DNA of 64,000 nucleotides, from positions 132,060,001 through 132,124,000 of the forward strand of contig OX597819.1 of assembly GCA_951406725.2 (NCBI GenBank), read 5' to 3'. A program made the position numbers and the translations under genes. Below the pieces are notes generated by a model. That model made no database searches, had not been told where the DNA came from, and saw nothing but the letters and a program-made list of their open reading frames with translations. Shown here in pieces: positions 14,226 through 27,999 of this stretch. Source of the DNA: Octopus vulgaris (lineage: Eukaryota). Positions within the stretch are counted from its first letter, which is position 1; each line of letters begins with the position of its first letter.

Positions 14226-15052
14226 ATAATAATAATAATAATAATAATATTAATAATTCACTAATACGATAACTGATCCTATTAATTAATCTCTGTTTAA
14301 TAGCAAGTTATAGGTTTTATAAAAATCTCAATTACAAAAACTTTGTCGACACAATTTCAGGAAACGAGAGATTTCTCACCAGGAATAATCACAGACTAAC
14401 AACAACAACTCATTGAACTAGGAAGCTGTTTTTTTACCATTTTAATATTTAAAGTAATCAAAAAGGTTGTTTTTTTCATACTGTGTGAATATTACATTAA
14501 TTACAAAGAAATCAGCAGAAAATAGATATATTACTAACGAAGCCTAATTACTTCTCAAACACACCTGGAATACACAACAAAGAAGATTCTTTTGGATAAA
14601 ACAACCGTTGTGGCTTGGTTTCCTTTTACAACAAAGTAGCTACACTTCATTCACTGTAATCCAGCTTAATCCATTGATAATTTAAATCTAAGACAACGGA
14701 TTAACATTCGGAGCTAATCTGGTGACCCTGGCAAGGTCCAAACAGAATTTAAATAAAGCATAAAGGCTTTCGGAGCCGTTCTCTCCGTTAGCCAGAAGAG
14801 GATTCAATGTATATAGGAATAATAAAGAACCGTTCTTGCCCTGCCTTTGTGGATTCACTTATGGCCAAGAATAAAATCTTCTTCATTCAAAACCGATCAT
14901 TGACGACATGTTTGGCAGATGTGGAACAGATTAACAGATGTGGAACAGATTAACAGATGAAGGATGTGAAACATTAACCAAAGAAAGAACCATTCTAATT
15001 GCTTTTGGTTTTTTTACAGTGTAAATATTATCATAAAGGCTCACAATAGAAA

Positions 15053-15092
<40 letters not shown>

Positions 15093-16329
15093 GTTTAAAA
15101 AAAAAAAAAAACGAGGGTAGAATGATCATAAAATAGCTGTGGATTTGTATCTTACTCGGAACAAGAAATACTGTTGACAGTTTTTTTTTTTTAAATGCTC
15201 TGAAACTGGGAAACTAGAGATGATAAAATGAAATTAAATGTGGCTTAAATTCTTGAGGATTGGGATTAAAAATTAAAAAAAAACCATGAAGGGAGAGTTT
15301 ATGGTGAAAAATTGATAATCTAAAATAGTGTGGATTCTTTTGTTTCAAAATTTGCTTTACAAAATAAGTTGAAGTATAAAAAAAAAAAAAAATGAGCAAA
15401 TTAAGATACAGCAGCAAAGGAGAATAATTAAGCACTGATTGTACAAAAATATTTTGGTCTAATTAAAACCAGAAGAGAAAGTGAAATAGCCACCATTCCT
15501 GCTGCTAACGACTCGTTAAGAGTGTTTGGAGACACAAATCTCATATTACAAGGGATTTTAAAACTGGTTCAAGTCTCTTCAAAGTTACACTGACAGCATT
15601 TTGGGTTAAATTTTTGAAATTAGAACAGTTTAAATGCAGCAATTTATAATTAAACAACAAAAATGTCAAAAGACAAACTTAAAGAAAAGAACTTTGAAAC
15701 AACAGGGAGAATAAAAAAAAGGGGGGGGATAGGATTCTTTTCTCAATTTGGTATTTGGCTACAAATCTGAATGTTTCAGAAGAGTTAAAAAAATTGAAAA
15801 TTCCTAAAATTTCCAAGCTTCATCCAGATTCCAATCAGTTCATTTTCTGATTGTCTTCAGGGACCCTATTCCTCCACAACTGGTGAGACAGGGCTTGAAG
15901 TTTTCAAGCCCCGTTCACAGACATACGCAGAAACAGTATTTTAGTAAGAAAAGGTTCAGAGCTAATAAAGGATCTGTTTGTGGAGAGGAATTAGGAAGAG
16001 AGGTAAAAGGTGGAGGAAACGAGCGTTGGACATTGGAAATTTAAAATCCTTTTAGCATTTTGGAGTTTCGTGTTTTCCAGGAATGGCAGCTGTTGTCTGT
16101 GGCTGTAACAGTGTTCAACGTGAAATAATGGCTAGACATAAAAACAACAAACAACAGGGTACCTCAACAACAAACAACAACAACAACTAATGGACAGCAG
16201 CAGCAGCGGCAGCAACAGCAGCAGCGTTTGGCAGTGGGAAGACTTTTCAACAAAAACATATTGCAACACGACTGCTTACACTTTGGTTCTGAATGATTCC
16301 ACTTGATATGTCTTCAATCCGTTTCCACC

Positions 16330-16496
16330 TCAATCGTCACCGTTCAAAGGTGGCGCTTCTGTTGGCAAAATAGTGTAAACATCACAGAGTAACTGGCGGT
16401 AAGATCGAGTGAAGTACAAGAGCAGGAGACCCCATTTCCAGGTCATGAAGCACCAAACTGTGGTCAGGAAGTAACCATTCCCGTAAATCTGTAAAC
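16330..16496 (-). CDS. SLC48A1: HRG1 coding exon 3 (terminal)
   Basis: Acceptor ttttcttttcag|GT; GLQIYGNGYFLTTVWCFMTWKWGLLLLYFTRSYRQLLCDVYTILPTEAPPLNGDD*, TGA at 16332-16330; HRG1 signature Y-x-L-x-x-VW-x-F-x-x-x-KW and a FARKY/YAHRY-like FTRSY motif; total CDS 474 nt = 157 aa. Confidence 0.93.
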
Positions 16497-17213
16497 CTGA
16501 AAGAAAATGGCAAGAAATTATTTCAATGGAAGAATAACCGAAAAAAAAAAAAAAAGACAGATTTACACCAAATATTTACTGATCCTGTTGGATTAACAAA
16601 AAAATATTTCATTAATTCATCTTTTACTAGTTTCAGTCAGTAGACTGTGGCCATGCTGGGGCAGCAACTTGAAGAATTCTTAGTCAGAGAAACTGATGCC
16701 AGCATTTTTGTTTTTGTTTTTTTTGTTTTTCATCATCAGTGTTGTAGAAAAACACTTCAAATATTTCAAATTGACTCAAAAACAATTGCGAACGCTCCCC
16801 CCCATCCCATTTCAAAAGATTTCCTAATATTAGAGAAAACGGTAGCAGCAAGCTGTAGAATCCTTGGTAAAGATGCCAAAATGCTTTTCTTTCAGCTCTT
16901 TATGTTCTGGGTTCAAATTCCACAGAAGTTGGTTTTTCTCTTTCATCCTTAATGACTTGATGAAATAAGTACCAGTTGTGTACTGGGGTGGGTGGGGGTG
17001 GGGTGGGGGTGTAATCACCCACCTCTCCAGTGAAATTGCTGGCCTTGTGCCAAAATTTGAAATCAATATTGGAGAATATTTGTCAATCACAAGATGTGGG
17101 CATGGATGGAATGGAAAACTGACCACAATACAATCAAAGCTATGCAGAAAGAAAGAACTGATACTAATCATCTGAAGCCATTTATTTTGGGATTTTGATT
17201 CTTCAGGGGCAGC

Positions 17214-17386
17214 CACTGGGTTTTATATTGCTGCTGTGGTTTTGGACAAGTCTACTACAGCATGTAGGGGTGGTCAGTGTGTTTTATATTGGTGCTGTGG
17301 TTTTGGACAAATCTATTACAGCATGTAGGGGTGGTCACTGTTTTGATAACTGCGCTGTAGTTTTGGACGGGTCTATTGCAATATGG
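17214..17386. repeat. Minisatellite, 61-bp unit x ~2.8, in HRG1 intron 2
   Basis: Unit CAnTG.GTTTTATATTG.TGCTGTGGTTTTGGACAA.TCTA.TACAGCATGTAGGGGTGGT. Confidence 0.85.
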
Positions 17387-18045
17387 ATTTGTAGTCCGTG
17401 CGTTTCCTATTTAACATGTGAGAGTGGCCATTTGGTGTCACCCTGTCCAGTGCTTGAATATCAACAGAAATGGTTTAAGTGACCATTCGGTTGGTATTGA
17501 ACAGTTTAAATTTTTCCAGAGTCATGAGAAAATAAAGAAGTCGTGTTTTGAATCTGGACCAAGTGTTGCTATTGGTTATCTATTGATTGTGGGTACCCCA
17601 ATGATCAAGAGGACATTGCAGGGTGGTGAGGTGGAACATGGAGTCATAGCAGCAGCAGAAAGCAGGCAGTGATCATTACCTGTGCACTTTAAATGTCTAC
17701 GGGGTGGGAGTCTTTTACTTACCCTATTTCTACATCATTGCGTTAATGGTAGTGACGGAAGTGGTGCAAGGATGAGGGTCAGAGCGTCAATTCATTCAAT
17801 TATACAACATCGTTAAATAAACAGAAATATTAACTTTGTCTCTTTTTTTAACCTGGCTGGGAATGAGTGGGGGTGGGGAACACACACCCGGTTTAGGGAT
17901 AAACATTGGGAAACAATGAGCATAATTCAATCCAAACTGACACTTTATGACAATGACGGTTCCATCTGGTCCGACCAGTAGAACAGCCTGCTCATGGAAT
18001 TAAGGAGCAAGTAGCTGAGCAATCGACAGACATGGGTACCCTTAA

Positions 18046-18268
18046 CCCTTTCGTTACTGTATTTCTGTTGAGATGCTCTGTGTTCCTTTCAATTAATTTT
18101 AAATATAACAAAAGAATTTAGTAAAATAACTTGGTTATCATGAAGTTAGTGTTAGGAACATAAATTGTGACTAAGGTTTGGTGCAAGATTTTAATTCAGA
18201 GCTTTTGAAAACAAGACATTTGTATTACAGAGCTAGAACCGGTTTTAGCTGGGTTGGCAATGAAAGGG
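18046..18268. mobile_element. piggyBac-type MITE with TTAA target-site duplication
   Basis: TTAA|CCCTTTC...GAAAGGG|TTAA; related TTAA/CCCTT-ended elements at ~37198-37390, 38178-38385, 45980-46162, 52620-52818, 63484-63664. Confidence 0.8.
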
Positions 18269-18841
18269 TTAAAGTAGTTCTGAGGGGGCTTCAGATTGAG
18301 GCACAGAGTGCGACATGGCTGGCCCCTTTGGAATTACAACTCATTTTTGCCAGCTGAGTGGATTGGAGAAGGTGTCTGGCTCAAAGGCACAATCTGCTGC
18401 TAGGAATTGAACTCATAACCTTACAATTGAGAGCTGAATATCCCGAACCACTGAGCTATATGGCTCCACCCAATAATTGTCATGGTAATGTATTTGGGGA
18501 AAAAACCTTGTTAATGATAATTAATACAAGGCTAATTATTAAGAATCAGGTGGTAAAAGAGAGGAAGGACTTTGTTATTGCTTTCTAGAAAACCATTCCA
18601 AAGTGTTTCTGTATCTTCTGTGGAAGAAACTTGCAGGAGAGAAAAGGAACTGCTTCTTCTCTATTTCAGACTTGTTTTGGGATCTTATGGTTTCTGCTAA
18701 AGTGAAGCAGAGAAAAGCAAGACACCACAAACCCCAAACCCATTATCAAACCATGGTTCATGACATAAAAGAGTAAAAGAGCAGTTTTGTAAAAAGAAAA
18801 AAAAAGAAAAAAAAAGGCTAATGAAATATGAAATGACTTAC

Positions 18842-19009
18842 CTTGTTGAAAATAGAATCCCAATGCCAGGTAAGTGACGAAACCAATAATTCCTGCCAAC
18901 TGGAAGAAACATCCTGTGATGACCATATATTTGAGTCGATACGGATAAGTTTGCCAAACACCTTTCAGGTAACATATGTGAAGAGAGAAAGTCAATGAGG
19001 CAGGGATCG
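18842..19009 (-). CDS. SLC48A1: HRG1 coding exon 2
   Basis: Acceptor ttttatttattgcag|CG and donor CAAG|GTAAGT; 168 nt, phase 1-1; AIPASLTFSLHICYLKGVWQTYPYRLKYMVITGCFFQLAGIIGFVTYLALGFYFQQ contains the TM2 His (H57) typical of HRG1. Confidence 0.93.
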
Positions 19010-20941
19010 CTGCAATAAATAAAACAAAAATAAAAGTGTTAAGGGATTGCAAGGAATGATCCTTTGTGGATTATCTTCCTGTATAGCGATTAAGTCTCAA
19101 GTTTGTTTATTTTTAAATGACTTGAGGTGTGACTAAACACATTTATTTCTGTGTATACAACCTGTTAACCCTTCCACCATCTTCTGCTGCTTAACCCTTC
19201 TCCCCTTTTTGTTTCCTAGGTGAGATGGTTATGGGGTTTTTCTCTCCATTATTGGATCCTTTATACTTTTAATAATGTTTTCTCTTCCTTCCTGTAAAAA
19301 TCCCTCTCGCTATATAAAGCTGAAGTTGCCTGTGTATGGCAGGTTTGGTAGCCTTCAACTAACACTATCTCCTCTGAGACCCTGCAGAGAGTATGATAGA
19401 AGAAGGCTTGCTCTTCCTTCCGTAGAAGAAAAAATTCAAATTGGACCATGTTAACACCAAAAATTATTTACACCAAAAAGGTGCTTTTTTTCTATGAAAA
19501 TTCCTATTTTTTACGATATTTTGACTGCTGTGTCGCCATTTTTCGGTGTATTTCAACCAGAAAATTGTTCACTTAAAGAGAATAACAAGCTACATAATGC
19601 AAAATTTTTACTTTTCAAAAATTCCAATTCTAAAGGGTCAAAACAAACCTGAGCAATGCCGGGTGATACTGCTAGTATGTTAATAAAATGTCTTTCAAGA
19701 AATAAAAAAAAAAGCAATTTTATTAAAATGAAGTCCTTTAAGATTAAAAACAACAATTTAAACAACATTTAAAGGCATAAAAAAGAAAACCCACAACCCT
19801 TTTAGATGCACCCTTTTTTAAACCTTCTGCTGAATTTGTTCAGTCCGGATAATCCCTCTCCCATCTCAAACTGATCAGGTCACCTCAGCCAGGCTAATTT
19901 CACATTGTAATATTTCATTGCTTTATTCTCTGTGAGCTGCTGGCAGAATCATTAGCATTCCAAGTTCAAATTCCTCCAAGGTCGACTTTGCTTTTCATTC
20001 TTTCAGGGTTGATAAAATAAATACCAATTTAAACATTGGGGGGGGGGGGTCGATGTACTCAGTTTATTCCTTCCTTTGAACAAATCTGCAATTTGCTTCT
20101 ATTTATAATTTTTAAATGTGATTCAGCTGTTGTTTCTAGCATATCACCCCCAGACCACTTTATACCTTCCTTATTTCTTTGTCACATGTATTGAGGTTTT
20201 AAATATTTTACCCCCCCCCCTAAGCACTCTACGGAATGATGCAGTGATCCATTGCCAGAATTTGAACAACAACAAAGAATTTTATAATTTTTAATCCTCC
20301 ATCCTGCACAAAACAAGTCCATGTCTGTGTGCCTGGGGGAAAAAAATGTATTTACTAACAGAATGGTAAGCTAGGAAAGTGAATTATCTTTTACATACCT
20401 TTTAAAAAATCACTCTGTAGAAGTGATTAAACCTGTGTAACATTTTTCTAAAATTTCAGTGTGAAAAAGTACATGAAAATACCAAATTTTAATATTTCAA
20501 AACCTGATATCCTATTGAAATTCCTTACACACACACAAAGCATGAGATATATACTTTTAGAAAGAATGTACTTTATATGCACTTTCTGACAAGTTGTGGT
20601 GCACCTGAGCACTGTATACAATAATTTCATTATTATAAATACAGAGAAGGAACAAGTTTACCCTGAGTAAAAACGAAAAATGAGGGTGAGAAACAAATCG
20701 ATCTCTGTTGCTGTCACAGATTTTGAAATCTTAAAATTAAATGAAAATTTTCAAATTTGGTATTTTGATGCAGTTTCATGGTGAAATTTTAGAAAAATGT
20801 TACAGAGGTTTAATCATTCTTAATCAGAAAACAGCGATTTGTATGTGATAGGTGTGATAAAATCAAAGTAAACATTAGAAAATGAAGTTTGGCCAAAATG
20901 AAAGCAATGTGTGAGAGATAAGAGGGATAAATATATTTATA

Positions 20942-21337
20942 TATTTTTATATATAAAAGAGAGGTTGTGTGTCTGTCTGTCTCCTACAATTTAGATTCCT
21001 AACTACTCCCACATTTTGCGGTGCAGTTTAACCAAAACCAGGTATCTTATAGTCGTGATTCATATCGAGCCCTTCTGGGTATTAGCGCACGTCTACGATG
21101 AGTCTACGATTTAAAAAAAAATTTACCATCAATTTTTTCCATTTTTAATGCATTTTTGGCATATATAAGGGAAGTAACTCTCTAAAAATTTATTATTAAA
21201 TCTCAGAACGTAAAAAGCTACAGTACCCCCCCTTTGTGGTTAGCCATATTGAGATGGCTATTATACTTTACATCTCTAAAAATGCTTATATAGTTATTTC
21301 CCTTACAAACCCAAGCAACGCCGGGCAATACTGTTAG
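20942..21337 (+). mobile_element. Non-autonomous Helitron (same family as 37727-38110)
   Basis: Shared body TTTAGATTCCTAACTACTCCCACATTTTGCGGTGCAG and 3' hairpin plus (C>T)TAG end. Confidence 0.8.
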
Positions 21338-22018
21338 TATATATATATATATATATATATAAATCACAGTATGTGTGTGTATATTGACTAATGCATACAT
21401 GTCCACAATTCTCAACTGATTTTCACCAAACTTAACACACACATTACTTATGTCCAAATGATAGTCATACACTATAACATTTTCCCCAGAGCTCCCGTGT
21501 AATACATTGTATGTCCATAGTTCTTTTGTAATGTAGGGTAAACCATCACAAACACAGACCTCTTTCTGAAGCAGATTCAAAACAACTGTATTTCACAAAT
21601 AAAACTTAAACTAATGAACCCATTATTTTGTTGTTTTTACATGAATTGCTACCCCATTATCGCCCCACTTTTCTTCAACACTTCCTTGGAACTTTCCACT
21701 GCCCCCAGGGGAGCAATACCACCCACTTTGGAAACCACTGATGTAAAACAACTATATTTTGTAATCATTATCTGCAATCTACTCCCCAAACACTTCAGTA
21801 GCTCTACTTTACATCGCTTGCAAACTTATTATGTTCTATGATAATCAAAGTGCAATGACCTCCACAACAACCAGCCTTCAATTTGGTTTTCCATTCCTAG
21901 GGTAATCGGAAACATAGATTGCCGTGTTACTCATAAATCTTCTTGGTAGTAGTTCAATTATTTGGCAAAAAAATACCACCAAAGCAACTTAAACCATCCA
22001 GAGGACAGGTGCATTTGC

Positions 22019-22049
<31 letters not shown>

Positions 22050-22540
22050 CATACATACATACACACATAGAGAGAGAGAGAGAGAGAGATAAGTGTGGTA
22101 AATAATAGAGAGAAATTGATGGTGACAGACAGAACAGGAGAGTTGTCAGTCTAAAAGTCGGCTAATTTCTCATAGGAAATTATATATTTTTTAATTATCA
22201 TTTTTGGACAACCTTGTTTTTTGGGACATGGATTTTGAAAATGAAATTCGTTTTTCTTGAGGAGGCACGGTTTCAGAGCCTTTTGGGGGCTAAGCACACA
22301 TATATAACTATATACACTCGCTTTTATATAACAGATATATATCTATGTGTGTGTGTGTTTGTCCTCCATTCTCCTTGACAACCAGTGTTGATATGTTTAT
22401 GGGGAAACTTAACAGTTCAGCAAAAGAGACTGAAAGAATAAATACCAGGCTTGAAAAATAAAAGTACTGGAGTTGAATCATTTGACTAAAAATTCAAGAT
22501 GGTGCCCCAGCATGGCCACAGTCGAATGACTAAAACAAAT

Positions 22541-22997
<457 letters not shown>

Positions 22998-25900
22998 AAC
23001 ATAGGCTTCCAAATAGTTTCCATCTCCCAAATTTCATCACAAAGATATTGTAGAAGACTCAAGGTGCCATGCGGTGGGATTGAACTGAAAACCAATGTTG
23101 AATAAGATCCCCCCATCACAGAGGATTTCTCAAACACTGGGGCACAGTTCCCATGACCTTGACAAGGCAGCTCAAGAGAAAAGCTGGGGCAACTTTAGAA
23201 AGCAAAACAGTCACTGTTATTTGTGGATCTTGCAAACCGCGTGCAGGGAGGTTCTGTGGTAGCTTTCAGAAAATTTGTGAATCTTCTCCATCAATTATTT
23301 CTATGCAAGATTGATACCCACCACCCGAATTAGGAGTGGAGAAAGGGGTGAGCTATTTAGTATAAATGGTGGCACATAAAAAGCACCAACCGATCATGGC
23401 CATTGCCAGCCTTGCCTGGCATCTGTGCCAGTGGCACGTAAAAAGCACCCACTATACACTCAGAGTGGTTGGCTTTAGGAAGGGCATCCAGCTGTAGAAA
23501 CACTGCCAGATCAGACTGGAGCCTGGTGCAGCCTCCTGGCTTCCCAAACCCCGGTCGAACCGTCCAACCCATGCCAGCATGGAAAACGGACGTTAAACAA
23601 TGATAATGAGTAGCAGCAGCAGCAGTTATGTGGCAAGGCCGAATGGCTGGTTTTGAGATTCTTCAGGGTGGACTAAACGGTTTTGGAGAATTACCAAAAG
23701 AGAAAGACTGGGAAATGTTCACATCTTCAAAATCAAACCATTTCTGACTTGAGCAGATCAATAGGCTATAATGAGTCAATAGATTACACCCTGGCAGCTT
23801 ACAATCCAGAAGCCCCCCCCCCCCCCCATCATCAATCTCTAAGTACTGTTGTTGGAGATGACCAAATCAGGAAAAAAAGGGTCACATGCCAATATGAAGC
23901 TACATTTTCTCAACCCTGCTTCCTCAGTAGCAGTGAGAATTTGGATGCAGTTGATTGATTTTAGAGATCCCAAGAACATCCTTTTTGACTGGACGCTGAA
24001 GGAAGAAATCTAAACTGTCTCAAATAAATCTTGGCATCATTTGAAAGGCTTAGAATGTCTTTCTAAAAAATTTGAATACCAAATTCCTTGTCTCCTAGGT
24101 AGTCACTGTCTTGTATGGCTAAGAAACAAAGCCTTCTACACAGTTATCATATCAAGACTCTTTGTGTCTGAGGCAGATGTCTGCTGTGGAACCAAAACCA
24201 GAAAACCCTCATTACATGGGTACTGAGGTGGTTCCAACTCTTGTCAATTATGGTTTGGTTCCTGTCTTTTATAGACAGGCAAATGAAATGGATGAAAAAG
24301 TGAAGATCACGTTAACCCTTTTGATAGCAAAATGCCAGAAATTACTCTTGGTTCCACAATACAAATTTCTTGCTTAAAAGGGATATGTGGAAACCTTCTA
24401 TCCAAATTTCATGTTAGTTTGTGTCCCAAACACCATTTTAATGAGAGCATCGTTATTTTACTAAAGTCTTCATTAATTTCAAAGTGAATCAAAACAAAGA
24501 AAATGTATTTTCAGATAAACCTAAGAAAAAAGGTTCAAGAAGATCAAGAGGAACTGCTCAAAAGGGGAAACCCTTTGTAGCTCACCATTCCATCTGGCAG
24601 CACCATTGTTAGAAAGGAATTTAAACTCTGTATCAAAGAAGTGAGAGACGAGGCAGAGACACAGATTGAAATTCCCCAACAACTAACATTTCCTAATTAC
24701 ATCGTATCTGTTGTTACTGAGGCTGTCCAAGGTGCCACACAGTAAGATTGAACCAGAAACCATGTGCTTGGGAAGAATACTTCTAAACCATACAACCATG
24801 TGGGCACCTTATTGATGTGGAGGTAAAAAGAGGAAGGGAGTCTCACAGCTCCCATTGTCTTCATGAAGAATTAACAAGCAAAAATTTAGGTTCAATAAAG
24901 GAATAAAAAACTAGAATCCCATGCAATCTCCTTGATAGAATTTGAAAAGCAATCTTAGTTTAACCATTTTTGCAACTTGTTGAATTTTTAGGTGAAATAC
25001 TTCCAAAGACCTTTAAGTGAAATTCCTTAATGCAAAAATTCCTTCTCCCTAATGCTATCAAAATAAATCGGTAACATTAAAAAGTAACAGAAATTGATGA
25101 GAAAATTGATTTCAAAGAATGTTTGGAATAGTCAGTGAAAGATTTCAAAATTGTTTTCGATATATTTTAGAATGTTTGAAATTATCAGCCAAGTGGAAAG
25201 ATAGTTCTACTTCAGTGACTGAATGTGAAGAATTGTTATTATCATTATTACTACCTTCTTCTCACCAGCATTTTAATATTTATTGTCCATTTTTTTTTCT
25301 TTATTGGATTAGATTAAAATTCTGCAGCAGAAATTGAAGAACTCATCACCCCCACCCCCACTCCTCAGTCTATTGTTTCCGTCTTTTATTGTCAATAAAA
25401 ACAGACATTTCCACCCAGTATTTATTTGTTTATTCTGGGGTAGAAGAAATATTCAATGCCATTATTTCTTCTACATATGCCATTCAATGCCATTTCACAC
25501 CAAATTACTCTCAACTCTCAAATGCTCTCACTCTCATTTATGCTAATTAGCTAATTAACACAACATACTCTACATTTACCTTATTTCTCTCTCTATCATG
25601 TTTTACATTCTTCACTGATGGAGGATTTTTTTTTGTAGGAAGTGAAATTCTTTGTTGGTTAGAGCACCAACATTTCCTAGAATATTTTCCCATCCTCTTC
25701 TTACTCAAACTACCATGTCTTCCTCATCACAGCTCTGATTACATAACTATTACTTGCACTGAGTTATCTGACCAGTTCATGGCAACGGGTGTATTCCTAT
25801 ACACCCGGAGCATTTCAAGTCCAGCTTCCCACTCTGGCCGTAGGCAACCCCTCTGCAACAAAAACTTGTTAGAATTAAATGATTTGTCATAATGTATCCT

Positions 25901-26699
25901 ATACTCATAGACATGAAAAACAAATGTCTATGGAATATTTTAAACATACACCTATCTGTGTGGGTATAGATTTTATTTTGGGTTGGTGCCACATTTGACT
26001 AATCACACAACTAAAAAATGGTTTCAAACTGGTGTGATACCTGCTAAGCAGAAATTATTTCTATTTAATGAAAATTTAATAAAATCTAATAAGTGAAATT
26101 ATGCTAAATACAACTGAATTGAAAACCTTTTTCCCTGGCTATATCAGCAATTCTGAAAACTTTTGGGTGTGAATTTTACACGAGTAGAAGTCCTTTTTAA
26201 AAAATTTTATCCTGAAAATCACCTGTGTGCAAATTACATGAGTTTTACAGTATGTCAAACCCTCTTCCATAAATGGGCAAAGGAAAAAAGAAAAGAAAAA
26301 CTGTGTCATTTGATGCAATGAATTTATAAGCAAACTATGGTAGAGGAACAGTTTTAATATTGAAGTCCAATCAAAACATGTGGCAAAAGTACAACTGAAG
26401 GATTATAATTTATTCTCCAAAATGATTATTACATGTCTGATGTTAATTTGGTTTTGGGGTATTTGAGAATTACAGATGATCAAAAATTGCTACAAAAACA
26501 TGGAAACACTTTCAGACATAAAAGAGAGAACCAGAAGAGATTTCTAGACAAACGCTTTATTGTTTGGAAGAGAAAATTAAAGGAAATTAAAAATGTTACT
26601 CAATGCAAGACATAATTGTTTCTAATTTAGGCAGAATGCCAGCCACTTTGATGGGAGGGTTTGGTTGATTCCATTAACCCCAGTATAAGAGAGTCGGAG

Positions 26700-26987
26700 A
26701 GGAATGAGGTTTGATGGATACCATGTGGAGAAGGAAAGCAAACTGAATAGGACATATTATGAGATTAGAAGGGTTTTTGTACAAAGTGATAGGGTGAAGA
26801 TTACAGGGGGAAAGTGTGAGAGGGAGGAGAGCAATTATGATGGATGATATTAGGAAGAGGAAGTTAGATCAGTCGATGAAGAGGACAGCAGAGGTCAGAG
26901 AGGGCTGGAGAAGGTTCACATGGACAGGACCTGCCTAAGGCCAGACCATTTGAAAAAGGAGGAGGAGGAGGAGAAGAAGAAGAAGAG
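26700..26987 (+). mobile_element. RTE-clade LINE 3' fragment
   Basis: Degenerate GHIMR...RGRR...MDDI...MKRTAEVREGWR motifs followed by a (GGA/GAA)n tail. Confidence 0.6.
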
Positions 26988-27999
26988 TTGAAAGGCAAAA
27001 TGGACTTCAGTCAGATTTGAACTTTGAAGATAAACGGTTGGAAGAAATACTCTGAGGCATTTACTTTGATGCTTCACCAATTCTGTCAATCCACTGTAAT
27101 GAATAATAAAGATTCAATTCATAATCGGCCGTAGACAAGACATCGTTGGAATATGAAAGCTGTGAAAGAATGCAGAGATTAATTCAAAACAGTTTGAAGA
27201 AGAAATAAAGGATTCCATTTGAGAGAGGAATCAACTGAATGGTAAGGCATTAAACCCACTCGAAAAGAAATGCTTTTAATTTCGACAGAAGAAAAAGTAG
27301 AATCTGTGTCTGATATAAATACTGCAATAAACCATTTGAAGAACTTGAAGATCTACTTATCGACAGACATTATCTTCCTTCCTTGATAGATGGGAAGATG
27401 CAGGGAGCAGAGATAATTGATATCCAGATCGAAAGATAAGCAAAACAAGAACAGCAAGCTGGAAATGGAGAGATGCTAAGCAATGTATCTGCTTACATTC
27501 CCAGAAACGATCAAAGACTTTAATTCTATTCTTTAAAACATATTGAAGTAGAAATACAATTACAGAATATGAAGGACAACCACAATCATTAAAGCTGCTA
27601 AATTATATTCAATAACAAAAGAACCAACAGTGAAAGGGTGTGGTGGGGGATCCTAGCATAGAGTTTGTGTTATCTAAAGTTTAAGAATTTCATCTTTAAG
27701 TAAGGGCAATGTTTCAAAATCTTGATTTTTAATCAGTGCTTCCAGAATTTTAACTTACATCCAAATTTGTACAGGATATGAAGAGAATTTTGTTGGACAC
27801 ACTAGAAGGACATTAAGAAAAAGAATGTCACTGCATAGAGAATAAACCTGATTTCCCAGCAACAGATAAATATGTATCAGTGAACATATAGGTACATATG
27901 CTGACAACCACTAACCAAGTTTAGTAAGTTTTCTTATATATCAAAAGGAGGTGTTACAATACAATTCCACAGCCATACCTCCATCATCAGCTGCCCCAT

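Noticed and set aside
14916-14959. 19-bp tandem duplication CAGATGTGGAACAGATTAA
   Set aside because: Real but an ordinary local slippage duplication with no functional signal.
17214-17386. Regularly spaced repeats resembling a CRISPR array
   Set aside because: Head-to-tail 61-bp minisatellite without unique spacers; eukaryotic context and no cas genes.
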